From NCBI GenBank assembly GCA_026713485.1, contig JAPOOK010000051.1:914-64913 (forward strand): a stretch of 64,000 nt of DNA, read 5' to 3'. The position numbers and the translations under genes are program-made. The notes beneath the pieces were generated by a model that made no database searches, was not told the DNA's origin, and saw only the letters and a program-made list of their open reading frames with translations. Of the stretch, positions 49,008 through 59,050 are shown piece by piece; position 1 is the stretch's first letter; each line of letters starts with the position of its first letter. Source of the DNA: Chloroflexota bacterium (lineage in GTDB: Bacteria; Chloroflexota; Dehalococcoidia; UBA6926).

Positions 49008-49141
49008 CGTCGATCCCTGGGGAATGTCTCTGGGAGCGGTGCCTCAACTGAGGCACCGCTCCCACTTTCGCATGCGCTAGAGTCCATCATCTTACTTGAA
49101 GCGGCGGTGTGATAGTTCACTCTCGCCGATTCTGATCGGCC

Positions 49142-50710
49142 CTAGCCTCGTCCGCGTTCACCACCGGAGCCGTGCTCACCGCCGGACTCACTGCCGGAGC
49201 CATGCTCACCACCACCTTCACTGCCGCTGCCGTGCTCGCCGCCGGACTCACCGCCGCCGACTTCGGCATGGGCGACCCATCCGGTGAACGGCGCCTGCGT
49301 GGAGGGCATGTTGACTCTGGCCACCCAGCCCGGACCCAGGTTGACGGGATTCGTCGGCCCGAGCTCGGTTCCGTTCGACAGGTGCACCTCGATCCTGACT
49401 CGATTCAAGATGCTCCTCGTCGTATTCTCCACGGTGCCCTTGAACGAATTACTGGAAGCGTCATAGCCCAGGATCAGCCGCGCGCCACTGCGGATCTCGT
49501 CGAAGGTCTGGTCAGGCGCCAGCTGATTGGCCCCGCTGCCCTCTTCGCTGCCGGACTCTCCACTACGTTCACTGCCGGACTCGGCGCCGCTGCCTTCAGC
49601 ACTGTTGCTTCCGGAGCCTTCGCTGCCGCCTTCACCACCGGGCCCGTGGCCCTCGCCACCGGAACCCTCGCCGCCACCGCCTTCGCCTGAGCCTTCGCCG
49701 CCGCCACTTCCCTCAGTGCTCTGTCCCGGCATGTGAGGCACAGGTCCGGTGCCGCCGCAGTCGAACACTTCCAGGTGCACGACGTACCCGTCAAAGGAAA
49801 CTCCTGCGAGGCTCGGCTCGCTGGCCAGCGGCACGCTCGTCGCGGCCGATTGTCCGGGACTCAGGTGTCCCAGTACATCGGGGCCAAGCTCGCCAACAGT
49901 CGTCGTGCCCGACTTCAGGTGCGGTTCGGCCTGCACGTAGCAGAGCACCTGCGGGAGCGTGTTTGTGACCAGTGACTGGACCGATTGAGTTGCCGGATCG
50001 AACCGCGCAACGACGTCCAGTCCGCCAAGGTTGCCCGCCCAGGTATCACTGAGTGGAATGATGGGGCTGGACATCTCGGCTTCACCGGCCTCAGCACCCA
50101 TGCCGCCGCTCTCAGTGCCCTCGGGCCCCTCATTACCGCCCTCGCTGCCGCTGCCCTCGCCGCCGGACTCGCCACCGCCTTCACCGCTGCCAACTTCGGC
50201 ATGAGGTGTCCATCCGGTGAACGGTTCCACGGTTGAGGGCAGGTTGACCGGCAACACCTGACCCGGTGCCAGGTCGACAGGCGTCGTCGGCCCGAGCTCT
50301 GTGCCGTTGTCGAGGTGCACTTCGATCCTGACCCGCGTCAGGGTGTTATTGGTTGTGTTCTCCACCGTGCCTGTGAAGGCATTGCTCCCGGCGTCGTAGT
50401 TCAGGATCAAGCGCGCGCCGCTGCGAACCGTGTCGAAGGTCTCGTCAGGCGCCAACTGGTTTGCGCCGCTGCCCTCTTCACTGCCGGACTCGGAGCCTTC
50501 ACCGCCGGATTCTCCACCGGATTCACCGCCGGAGCTGTGCTCGCCGCCGCTCTCTCCGCCGGAACTCTCCTGGCTCGTGCCCTCGCTCCCGGACTCCGGA
50601 CCTTCGCTGGATTCGTTGTTGCTTGTGCAGCCGCTGAGGATCACCACCAGGAATAGCGCCCCCACCGCAACTACCAGGAACATACTTCTCATCAGCTTCT
50701 TGATAATCAT
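49142..50710 (-). CDS. Lipoprotein with an internally duplicated ~100-aa domain, Gly/Glu/Ser-rich acidic linkers and a His-containing (GGEHGSGSE)n tail
   Basis: LSGC lipobox. Two domain copies GANQLAPD(E/Q)TFD..RSGARLIL.YDA..N.F.GTVENTT...L.RVRIEVHL.NGTELGPT.PV.L.PG are >75% identical at protein and DNA level. Confidence 0.5.
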   Translation of the reverse strand: MIIKKLMRSMFLVVAVGALFLVVILSGCTSNNESSEGPESGSEGTSQESSGGESGGEHSSGGESGGESGGEGSESGSEEGSGANQLAPDETFDTVRSGARLILNYDAGSNAFTGTVENTTNNTLTRVRIEVHLDNGTELGPTTPVDLAPGQVLPVNLPSTVEPFTGWTPHAEVGSGEGGGESGGEGSGSEGGNEGPEGTESGGMGAEAGEAEMSSPIIPLSDTWAGNLGGLDVVARFDPATQSVQSLVTNTLPQVLCYVQAEPHLKSGTTTVGELGPDVLGHLSPGQSAATSVPLASEPSLAGVSFDGYVVHLEVFDCGGTGPVPHMPGQSTEGSGGGEGSGEGGGGEGSGGEGHGPGGEGGSEGSGSNSAEGSGAESGSERSGESGSEEGSGANQLAPDQTFDEIRSGARLILGYDASSNSFKGTVENTTRSILNRVRIEVHLSNGTELGPTNPVNLGPGWVARVNMPSTQAPFTGWVAHAEVGGGESGGEHGSGSEGGGEHGSGSESGGEHGSGGERGRG

Positions 50711-50896
50711 CGCCCACTCCTTTCATGTGGTCTTCGCGACGTCACCACGATAGGAGCGAAATGTCGCAGAAATATGTCGCCTGCCGACACTGTGCAAAAC
50801 CGGACGAGGGAGAGGCGAAACCGCCTCTCCCTCGTCTTCACACTATCTCTCCGGTTGGGGCCCTAAAGCCGAAACGGAGGGTGCAATCATGTCCCT

Positions 50897-51898
50897 TTAT
50901 GGAATCCAGGCTCTCCACACAGACTCGTTGGCATCAACCCACTCTTGTGCGGCCAGGCGCACCGTGAGGTCGTTCGCAGTCAGGTTGAGCACAATTTCGT
51001 TCTGTTGTGCGTTGGTCATCTGGAAGTTGTTGAGGAACTCGTATGCCTCCGGAAACTCCTCCTGAAGACCAGGCCAGATCAGCTTGGTGACAGGATCCGT
51101 TGGGTAGCCGCAGTCAAACCTCTCGCCATCCGGATAGCAATCTGAAGTCCATTCCGGCATCTCAATCGGGATAAGGTCGTACTTGGCGTGTGCCCAGTGA
51201 GGCTCCCACAGGTACGTGATAATCGGGTCGCCTCGCTGGAAAGCAGCATCCAGCTCGGCAAGCGCCGCGCCCTCATACCCGGCGAATACCACTTGGAAGT
51301 CGATACCAAACGCTTCGAGGCGTTCCTCCGGCCTCGTGTCCCACGCAGGCGTGAATTCAAGGAGCCTGCCGCTCGTGCCCGTGTCGCTCGTGGCAAAGAC
51401 GGACTTGTACTGGTCCATGTCGGCAACGCTGCGGAGATTGGGGGCGACGGCCTCTATGCCTCGCTCAGGGTCGCCGTTGACGATGTAGGAAGGCACATAC
51501 CAGCCCGTCTCTCCCGATATTCCTACCGGACCCATGCGATCCACCGTGGCCTCTTCGCCGTCTACGTATTCACCAAGGAGATCAGCGCTGTATGACGGCC
51601 AGTTGCAGCAAACGAAGTGAAAGTCGCCATTTTCGAGCCCGAGGAAGAGCGGTGCCGAATCGGCGGGCGCGAACTTGGTCGCGACCGTGTGGCCCATCTC
51701 TTGCTCCAACAGGATCTGCGCCACAGCCGTCGTGACGAGCTGCCCGTTCCAGTCCTGGTCGACGAGATAGAGTGTGCCTCTCTCGTCGTCTGACTCCATT
51801 TCCTCGTCGGCTTGTTCACAGGCCACCCCAACTGCAAGGCCAAGGGCCAACAGGCCTGCCAATAGGATTCCGATCCACTTGTTCTTCACTATGCTCAT
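50897..51898 (-). CDS. ABC transporter substrate-binding lipoprotein, glycine betaine/proline (OpuAC/ProX) family
   Basis: Signal peptide plus lipobox VAC. Trp-rich aromatic-box residues typical of betaine-binding proteins (GWYVP, WEPHW). Confidence 0.7.
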   Translation of the reverse strand: MSIVKNKWIGILLAGLLALGLAVGVACEQADEEMESDDERGTLYLVDQDWNGQLVTTAVAQILLEQEMGHTVATKFAPADSAPLFLGLENGDFHFVCCNWPSYSADLLGEYVDGEEATVDRMGPVGISGETGWYVPSYIVNGDPERGIEAVAPNLRSVADMDQYKSVFATSDTGTSGRLLEFTPAWDTRPEERLEAFGIDFQVVFAGYEGAALAELDAAFQRGDPIITYLWEPHWAHAKYDLIPIEMPEWTSDCYPDGERFDCGYPTDPVTKLIWPGLQEEFPEAYEFLNNFQMTNAQQNEIVLNLTANDLTVRLAAQEWVDANESVWRAWIP

Positions 51899-52019
51899 TA
51901 CTCTCCCCTCTCTGGACTAGTGGCGCAAAAGGCAAACCTTGGTCGTTTGCCTCATTGTGCGTCGTCACATAAGCATTCCTCCTTACAGGGTTTGCGGGCT
52001 CTTATTCTGAGTAGCCCCA

Positions 52020-54005
52020 TCACAATGCTCCGGCTGACATCGCAGCCGTCTGCTTTCTTTGAGTCATTCGATCAAACACCATTGCCATGAAAACGATGGT
52101 CATCCCCGCGACCAGGCCGTGGCCCATCTCAAGCCGGATGGAGTTGATAAAAACTTCCTGCCCCAGGCCGGCGCCGCCCACCAGGCCGGCGATGATCACC
52201 ATGGCCAACACCATGATGATGGTCTGGTTGAGGCCCATCATGATTCTCGGCAGGGCCAGCGGTATCTTGACCTGGAGCATTGTCTGGAAGCCTGTGGAGC
52301 CATGGGACTGCGCTGTCTCGATCGCCTCGTTCGGAACTTCCTTTAACCCCAGTGAGGTCATGCGGATCACAGGAGGCAACGCATACACCGCTGTGGCGAT
52401 GATGCCGACCAACGGCCCAATGCCCCAGAGCATGATCACCGGTATCAAGTAGACGAAGATTGGCATCGTCTGCATGGTGTCTAGGATGGGACGCAGGATC
52501 GACTCGAACGTCCTGCTCTGCGAAGCCAGGGCGCCGAGTGTGACACCAACGACTACCGTGAACACTCCGGCCGTCAGCACCTGGCTCAGTGTGACAACGG
52601 TCACGTCCCAAAGCCCGCCGATGCCCGCGAACAAGAGCCCCATAACTGCAAGTAAGGCCACGCGCCATCCCGCGGCAAAATAAGCGGCAACGGCGGCAAT
52701 CACCATCAGCGCCGGCCAGGGAAGCCAGAGCAAGAACGTATTAATGGGTGAATACCCTAGCTCACGGAACAAGGTATCGCGTATCCAGCTTGTCACACCG
52801 TAGAAATTGATAGCCATCCAGTTGAAGACGCTATTAATCTGGTCCGACATTGTAAAGGTCAACTCGTCTGGGAAATCCCTCAGAGGAGCGATGAACGCGC
52901 CAAGAAGCGCAAGGACGCCCATCAGTACGATGCCGCCCACAAGAAACGGGTTCTGAGAAGCCATGTTGCGGATGGTCTTGCCGGCTGTCCCCTCGCCGGA
53001 GGGCTTGGTCGATGAGGCGGCCGCAGTAGCTCGCGGACCGGACTGTGCAAGGGCGTAACTGAACCTGTCCAGGATGATAGCCAACAGCACGATAGCGATG
53101 CCGCTCTGCAGCCCATCCCCGGCGTCCACCTCCCTCAGCGAGAGCCAGACATCCCGGCCGAGGCCCTCCACGCCGACCAGCGCGGTAATGATCACCATGG
53201 CAACCGCCATCATGATGGTCTGGTTGACGCCCATCATGATTGAGCTCTTGGCCAACGGAATCTGAACGTGAAATAGCGTCTGGGTGGGTGTTGATCCATG
53301 AGACTGGGCTGTTTCGACAACTTCCTGTGGAACCTGGCGGATTCCAAGGTTAGTCAGCCTGATGACGGGTGCAATGGAATAAACGACAGTCAGGAAAACG
53401 CCCTGCGCCCCGGCCACCCCAAACAGGACCAGCGCCGGAATGAGGTACACAAATGCGGGCAGCACCTGCATCGTGTCAAGAATCGGGCGGACCATCGCCT
53501 CGAATCGATTGCTGAATGCCGCCAATATGCCAATAGGAACCCCGATTCCGACGGCGATAAGCACGGAAAGTCCGACCATGCTTAGAGTGACCATCGCGGA
53601 GTCCCAGAAACCAATGAGACCGGTGAACAGCGCGGCCACGCCGCTAAACACTCCCAGCCATTTGCCGCCGAGCCGGAAACCCACAAGTGAAACCCCTGCC
53701 ACCACAAGCGGCCATGGGAGCCACAGCAACAGGGCATCAATTCCGGCTATGCCTGCGTCAAGCACGTCGGCGATAGGATTGAAGAACCAGGCGAACGTAT
53801 CGCCGACCCACTCAAAACTCGTGTCGATGACCCCTTGGATGGGCAGTTCCCAGCTGCGCGGCCAGTTGCCAAAATCGGTGTTTGCCTGATTCGTCGCGAG
53901 TGTATAGGCCAGGAGATAGGTAAAGGCAACAATTACCGCCCACAGGAGCCACCGGAATCGTGACTCTCGGAGAAACTGGAGTTGCAGTGTATCCGTACGG
54001 ATCAC
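52020..54005 (-). CDS. Fused tandem ABC permease (two OpuAB/ProW-like membrane domains in one polypeptide)
   Basis: Two copies of the EAA-loop region ([20 protein letters not shown]...IMMG.NQTI) in 661 aa. Confidence 0.75.
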   Translation of the reverse strand: MIRTDTLQLQFLRESRFRWLLWAVIVAFTYLLAYTLATNQANTDFGNWPRSWELPIQGVIDTSFEWVGDTFAWFFNPIADVLDAGIAGIDALLLWLPWPLVVAGVSLVGFRLGGKWLGVFSGVAALFTGLIGFWDSAMVTLSMVGLSVLIAVGIGVPIGILAAFSNRFEAMVRPILDTMQVLPAFVYLIPALVLFGVAGAQGVFLTVVYSIAPVIRLTNLGIRQVPQEVVETAQSHGSTPTQTLFHVQIPLAKSSIMMGVNQTIMMAVAMVIITALVGVEGLGRDVWLSLREVDAGDGLQSGIAIVLLAIILDRFSYALAQSGPRATAAASSTKPSGEGTAGKTIRNMASQNPFLVGGIVLMGVLALLGAFIAPLRDFPDELTFTMSDQINSVFNWMAINFYGVTSWIRDTLFRELGYSPINTFLLWLPWPALMVIAAVAAYFAAGWRVALLAVMGLLFAGIGGLWDVTVVTLSQVLTAGVFTVVVGVTLGALASQSRTFESILRPILDTMQTMPIFVYLIPVIMLWGIGPLVGIIATAVYALPPVIRMTSLGLKEVPNEAIETAQSHGSTGFQTMLQVKIPLALPRIMMGLNQTIIMVLAMVIIAGLVGGAGLGQEVFINSIRLEMGHGLVAGMTIVFMAMVFDRMTQRKQTAAMSAGAL

Positions 54006-55381
54006 GCTACACCCTCGTCACTCACCAGGGCGGCCATCGCCTCAACCCGGGTTATTGTGCCGATGCATCGGCCGTCGTCCAGGACGGCGATGGGTGCGTC
54101 ATTGTCGATGACGAGGGGAATAAGCTGTTCTAGACGGGTATCTGCTTCAGTAACGGGGCATGAGTCCTGCATCGTGGATGCCACGCTCGTGTGCGCTGCC
54201 GCGCCATTCCTTGGTACATCGTCCAGGTGCACGGTTCCAATGAACAAACCTTCCCCGTCCACCACCACTGCGCATTCGCATTCCTGCGCGGCCATTGCGC
54301 TCATCACGTCGGCCACCGACTGATCCGCCGTCACGTAGACGGAGGGCTCTGTCATCACGGATCGGGCGGTGAGGACCTTTGAACGCGGCACGTCTCGTGT
54401 GAAGTCACGCACGTAGTCGTCAATGGGATTGGAGACCAACTCTTCAGGTGTGCCTACCTGGACGAACTCTCCGTCCTTCATGATGGCAACCCGGTCTCCC
54501 ACTTTGATGGCCTCCAGGAAATCGTGTGTGATGAAGACCATCGTCTTCTTGACCATTTCCTGGAGCCCGATCAGCTGATCCTGCATATCCCGACGGATGA
54601 GAGGATCAAGAGCGCTGAACGGCTCATCGAAAAGAAGGATCTCGGGGTCGACGGCTAGGGCGCGTGCCAACCCGATACGTTGCTGCATGCCCCCGCTCAG
54701 CTCATGAGGATATCGCTGCTCCCAACCTGACAAGCCCACCAGGTCAATGACTTCCTCCGCGCGATGAAGCTGCGTGGCCTTGTCGATGCCCTGGACCTGC
54801 AGGCCGTACACGACGTTATCTAGGACCCGCTTGTGGGGGAAGTTGCCGAAGTGCTGGAAGACCATGCCCATCTTGTGACGACGGACATCCCTCAGCTGCT
54901 GCTTGCTCATCGCGAGCAAGTCCTCACCGTCTACGTGGACATGTCCGAGAGTCGGCTCGATGAGCCTGCTCAAACAGCGGACAAGCGTGGACTTGCCACT
55001 GCCGGAAAGACCCATGATGACAAAGGTCTCTCCGTCAGATACATCGAACGAGACGTCCCGCACGGCGAGAACGCTCCCGGTCTCGGCCAGAACGTCTTCC
55101 CGGGTCTGGCCGGGCTCTACAGAATCGGCAAGCTCCTCGGCTCCGTCTCCAAAGACCTTCCAGAGGTTTTCGCAGACAAGTCGGGTCTCGACCTCTAAGC
55201 CGGGTTCGTCGGCAGGTCGCGAAAGATCGGCAGCATTGAGCGCTGCGGCATGATTATCGATATGGCACACCCCCCCACGGTGTTTCTCCACTCGGATATG
55301 AGCAGGGCTGACAGGAGGCATCGTCTCCGGCGCCACCCACCGCCTTGTGGTACAGCGGTGAGATTTAGACGCTTCGGCCAA
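54002..55381 (-). CDS. ABC transporter ATP-binding protein (OpuAA/ProV-like) with C-terminal tandem CBS domains; true start probably downstream of the ORF-track start
   Basis: Walker [10 protein letters not shown], signature LSGGMQQR, Walker B LLFDEP. CBS pair in the C-terminal ~120 aa. Confidence 0.8.
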   Translation of the reverse strand: MAEASKSHRCTTRRWVAPETMPPVSPAHIRVEKHRGGVCHIDNHAAALNAADLSRPADEPGLEVETRLVCENLWKVFGDGAEELADSVEPGQTREDVLAETGSVLAVRDVSFDVSDGETFVIMGLSGSGKSTLVRCLSRLIEPTLGHVHVDGEDLLAMSKQQLRDVRRHKMGMVFQHFGNFPHKRVLDNVVYGLQVQGIDKATQLHRAEEVIDLVGLSGWEQRYPHELSGGMQQRIGLARALAVDPEILLFDEPFSALDPLIRRDMQDQLIGLQEMVKKTMVFITHDFLEAIKVGDRVAIMKDGEFVQVGTPEELVSNPIDDYVRDFTRDVPRSKVLTARSVMTEPSVYVTADQSVADVMSAMAAQECECAVVVDGEGLFIGTVHLDDVPRNGAAAHTSVASTMQDSCPVTEADTRLEQLIPLVIDNDAPIAVLDDGRCIGTITRVEAMAALVSDEGVA

Positions 55382-55596
55382 TCTGGACGCGTGTCGTCCA
55401 GCCCGCCCCCTGGTATTCCTTGGTCTAGCCCCCCCAAATTTGAGATTCGTCGCAGTGTACAGGAAATCGGCGCGTTGAGTAAACTTTTGGTTAAAATCGC
55501 AAAATTTCCCGTCGACACGTGGAATCTGGTGCAGCGACCGGCCTCGTGCGCACGGATGCTAAAAGGGCCCGCCAACCCGATGCCGCAGGAAGAAAT

Positions 55597-56220
55597 ATGA
55601 GCACAAGAATGAAACTGGACAGTGACGGTGTGGAGATTCCCTCCACGCCGGTCAGTGTCTATGAGGCAATCTATTGGCGGCGACACGTGAAGGAATTCAC
55701 GTCCGACGCCGTTACCCGTGAGACTCTGGAACGACTCTTCTCCGCCGCAGTCTGGGCGCCCAATCACCGCCTTACTGAGCCAACTCGCTTCTTCGCCGTC
55801 CAAAAAGACAGCCCCATCAGGACGAAGATCGCCGATATCGCCTGGCAATCAGCGTACGACGGCGTGACCAACCCCAACCCCGAGCAGAAGCAGCGTTCCG
55901 CAGATGATCTGCGGGACAGGGTAATAACCGCTCCCGCCATGGTCTACATCTATAGCGTCAGGGGTCTGATCGAAGAGATCAGTCGTGAGAACTACGCCGC
56001 ATCCTGCATCGCCGTTCACAACATGGCCCTCGCCGCCGTAGCGGAAGGCCTCAGCCTTGGATGGAGCACAGGACGACTCACCAAGCTCCCCGGCTTGGCG
56101 GACATCCTGGGCGCGAACGAGGAATGGATGATGGTAGGTGTCGTGTTCATCGGCAAAGCCGCAGAAGACCCCGCAACACAGCGCACGCCGCACTCTGAAC
56201 ACGTCACGTGGCTTGAGTGA
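55597..56220 (+). CDS. Nitroreductase-family protein
   Basis: Nitroreductase fold pattern (RRHVKEFT...LLAAQ-like dimer helices). ATG 55597 with AGGAAG RBS. Confidence 0.6.
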   Translation: MSTRMKLDSDGVEIPSTPVSVYEAIYWRRHVKEFTSDAVTRETLERLFSAAVWAPNHRLTEPTRFFAVQKDSPIRTKIADIAWQSAYDGVTNPNPEQKQRSADDLRDRVITAPAMVYIYSVRGLIEEISRENYAASCIAVHNMALAAVAEGLSLGWSTGRLTKLPGLADILGANEEWMMVGVVFIGKAAEDPATQRTPHSEHVTWLE

Positions 56221-56297
56221 CAAGCCCCCATTCCGGTGCGTTGACTTTCCCGGCTGTCGCTGGCAAGTTCGATTCTGAGATTCCTGAACCGGAGTGA

Positions 56298-56783
56298 ATG
56301 GGAATGGTCGACAAAACGACAAGGCCGTCTCGCAGAGCAGCGAGGCCTGCGAAAGAGTCCGCCCTCAAGCCCGCTGCCAACGGCATCGTCTACCTCTCCG
56401 GAGGCAACCCCCAGATCGCCAAGGGCGATGGCGATGCGCCCGTGCAGGCCTACATCGACGCCATGCCGGAATGGAAGAGCGATATTGGCCGACGGCTAGA
56501 TGACCTCATCGTCCGCGCCGTGCCCAACGTCCGTAAGGCCGTCCGATGGAACTCACCCTTCTACGGCACGGAAGAGCACGGTTGGTTCGTGAGCTACCAC
56601 GTCTTCGCCAAATACATCAAGCTGACGTTCATGAACGGGGCAGGGCTAGACCCCATCCCCCCCGGCGGCGGCAAGGACCCGGACGCCCGCTGGATCGACC
56701 TCTACGAAGGCGACTTCGACGAATCCCAACTAACAAACTGGATCCAACAATCCGCCACCCTCCCCGCCTGGAAAGGCTTCTAA
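56298..56783 (+). CDS. DUF1801 (YdhG-like) domain protein
   Basis: AYIDAMPEWK...RWNSPFYG...IKLTF pattern characteristic of DUF1801. Confidence 0.55.
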   Translation: MGMVDKTTRPSRRAARPAKESALKPAANGIVYLSGGNPQIAKGDGDAPVQAYIDAMPEWKSDIGRRLDDLIVRAVPNVRKAVRWNSPFYGTEEHGWFVSYHVFAKYIKLTFMNGAGLDPIPPGGGKDPDARWIDLYEGDFDESQLTNWIQQSATLPAWKGF

Positions 56784-56797
56784 ACAACCACAACAGT

Positions 56798-57010
56798 CCC
56801 CTCCCCCCCTCGTGAGGGAGGGTTAGGGTGGGGAGGGAGATGCCCCCCGTTCACCCAGAGCTTGTCCAAGAGCACACCGCCGCCCAACCCTGTCATTCCG
56901 AGCGCAGCCGAGGAATCTAAAATCGTGATTAGAAAGCCCCCACTCACCCTGCGCTCATCAAAAAATGGACCCCGCACCCCACCCGTCATTCCCACGAAAG
57001 CGGGAATCCA
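56798..57010 (+). repeat. Repeat cluster: type A (56798..56840), B (56849..56872), D (GTCATTCCGAGCGCAGCCGAGGAATCTAAAATCGTGATTAGAAAGCCC, 56893..56940), B-like (56947..56965), C (56986..57010)
   Basis: Module order and sequence match the other clusters. Read directly from the sequence. Confidence 0.6.
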
Positions 57011-57077
57011 GTACCCAGATCAGAATAGGTTAGGGTAGTGGCAGTGTCAGCATGAGCTGCTGGTCTGATACTACGGA

Positions 57078-57647
57078 TTGAACATGAACGAAGAATCCCC
57101 GCTTTGGTTAATCGTTACCGGCCCTCCGGCAGCCGGCAAGACAACCCTGGCCAGACATATTGCGCCGGATCTGGGCCTCCCCCTATTTGAAAAGGACGTC
57201 TTCAAAGACAACCTCTACGCAGACTTGGGCTTTGGGGACAAGGACTGGTCTCGACGAATCGGCATAAGCGCGATCAACTTGCTGCTACTCACTGCGGATC
57301 GAATGCTGCAGGCTGGCGCCTCCCTTATCACTGAAAGCAATTTCTATCGCCAGTTTTCCTCGCAACAAGTCAGGGAAATTGCAGACGGCACTAAGGCTAA
57401 AGTCATCCAGGTTCATTGCTCCGCATCTCCGGATGTCTTGATTGCGAGGAATGCCGCCCGGCTTGACCAGAATCAACAGCGCATTGGCCACCACGTCATG
57501 CCCAACGAAGAACTGTTGAAAGGACTCAGAAATGGGACATGGGAGCCCCTGGACATTCCCTCAGAGATAATTCGTGTCGATACTTCCAGCGGATTCGATT
57601 ATGCAGATGTGGCAGGGCATATTCGACGTCTCTACGCCGACGACTAA
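57078..57647 (+). CDS. Stand-alone P-loop kinase (AAA_33/zeta-toxin-like NTP-binding) protein
   Basis: Walker A GPPAAGKTTLA. Resembles the C-domain of 10796..12409. Flanked on both sides by repeat clusters. Confidence 0.5.
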   Translation: MNMNEESPLWLIVTGPPAAGKTTLARHIAPDLGLPLFEKDVFKDNLYADLGFGDKDWSRRIGISAINLLLLTADRMLQAGASLITESNFYRQFSSQQVREIADGTKAKVIQVHCSASPDVLIARNAARLDQNQQRIGHHVMPNEELLKGLRNGTWEPLDIPSEIIRVDTSSGFDYADVAGHIRRLYADD

Positions 57648-57687
57648 TCTGCTACTGCCCTCATTTCCACAGTTCCCCGCACCCCAC

Positions 57688-57760
57688 CCGTCATTCCGCG
57701 CGCAGCCAAGGAATCTAAAATCGTAACTAGAAAGCCCCCCCGTTCACCCTGATCCCCGCC
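57688..57760 (+). repeat. Repeat modules D (57688..57735) and B (57742..57760)
   Basis: GTCATTCCGCGCGCAGCCAAGGAATCTAAAATCGTAACTAGAAAGCCCCC followed by CGTTCACCCTGATCC. Confidence 0.55.
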
Positions 57761-57778
57761 GCAAGCTGACTCCCGCCC

Positions 57779-58174
57779 CTAGCTCTCCCGCTCTTTCCGC
57801 CCCGTAATCGCCGCAACAAGCAACATCAGCGCCGATGGCAGGCAGAAGATGCCGATCGACCACACGGCGAGTACGCAGAAACCCAACAACAATACAAACG
57901 GTATCCAGAGCAGCGGGCCGCGTACCCGCTTAGTCCTGTCTGTGAATCGAAGAGTCACCACCGGGATAACGGTCAATACAACGGGAACCATCAACGGCAC
58001 AAAGATATAAGCGCCATTTACCTCCAACCCACTTCGCTGTGTGGCCATCATTCCACCATCAGAGCTTGACGAGTAGCCGGAGTAAACCGGCCCAAAAGCA
58101 AAGAAAAGTAGCACAGCCCACGTCAACAGATGAGCGACTACCGCCAACGTGATCGCTAGTCTAGGCCGTCTCAT
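57779..58174 (-). CDS. Hypothetical integral membrane protein (4 TM)
   Basis: Hydrophobic ORF with codon usage consistent with the window. No recognisable family. Confidence 0.35.
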   Translation of the reverse strand: MRRPRLAITLAVVAHLLTWAVLLFFAFGPVYSGYSSSSDGGMMATQRSGLEVNGAYIFVPLMVPVVLTVIPVVTLRFTDRTKRVRGPLLWIPFVLLLGFCVLAVWSIGIFCLPSALMLLVAAITGRKERES

Positions 58175-58214
58175 GAGGCCATCCCTTTCCTACGTCGCCA
58201 CCATGCAAGAGTAG

Positions 58215-58916
58215 TCAATGGGTGGGAACCGAGAGGTGATTAAGCGTTCGCCGCCCCACCTCCACCCCCAGTACCACGTCCAACATCTCCAGAATCGCCT
58301 GTGTTGGCACGCGATCTCCGATGTTTATACCGACGTACCCCCACACCACACCGCCGTCCGGTCGGATGACAAACGTCGCGGGCGCGGCCACACCGTCCCC
58401 CAGCAGATTGAACACCCCGTAGCTCTTCGACACGTCCTCGCTCGTGTCCGCCAGGATCGGGAACTCCGCCCCCGCCATCACCTCCATCCGCTCGGCATCG
58501 ACCAACAAGTCCGTGCTGATCGCCGCGAGGCCGACGTTCCGGTTCTCAAACTCGTCGTAGAAACTCTGCAACTCGACCAGTTGCTGCTGGCAGATGCCTC
58601 AACCGTAGCTGCGATAGAAGACCACCACGAGCGCATCGCGCCCCGCCAACAGATCATCCAACGAGTGCCTCTCGCCAGTGCCCGTAGACAGTGAGAAATC
58701 CGGCGCTTGTGGCGCTTCGGGCTCCGGAGTCTCTGTTGGAACCGCGGTGGGCGAAGGCAAAGGCGTGTCCGTCGGGGACGGCGTTACGGTTGGAGAGGGC
58801 GCGAGAGTTGGAGCGGGTGTTGGAGATTCCTCCGAGCAACCCGCGAGCACGACGCTCAGCGCCAGCATGGCCACCACCAACAACAATTGGAAGGGCACGA
58901 AACGACGGGTAATCAC
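58215..58916 (-). CDS. Lipoprotein Prx-like/AhpC-TSA-family redoxin interrupted by an in-frame TGA (58599..58601) at the first Cys of the CxxC motif; selenoprotein candidate (UGIC) or pseudogene
   Basis: ORFs 58599..58916 and 58215..58571 are in the same frame. The joined product reads ...LVVVFYRSYG-[TGA]-GICQQQLVEL..., matching the family motif FRGxW-CPxC-RRHL. N-terminus has an LAGC lipobox and a TP-rich linker. Confidence 0.45.
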
Positions 58917-58937
58917 CCCTCCATACTAATCGGCCTC

Positions 58938-59050
58938 AGCTCCTCCTGAGCCGGTCGAAGGGCGACGAATACTGTCATTCCGAGCGCAGCCGAGGAATCT
59001 AAAGCCGTGATTGGGAAGCCCTCTCGCTCACCTTGAGCTTGTCGAAGGGC
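58938..59050 (+). repeat. Repeat modules B (58938..58962), D (58970..59020), B (59025..59050)
   Basis: CTCCTGAGCCGGTCGAAGGG / GTCATTCCGAGCGCAGCCGAGGAATCTAAAGCCGTGATTGGGAAGCCC / CTCACCTTGAGCTTGTCGAAGGG. Confidence 0.55.

Noticed and set aside
46856-57700. Genomic island integrated at the tRNA-Lys gene.
   Set aside because: No integrase and no direct repeat of the tRNA 3' end were found. GC content of the downstream genes is indistinguishable from the rest of the window. The tRNA adjacency is probably coincidental.
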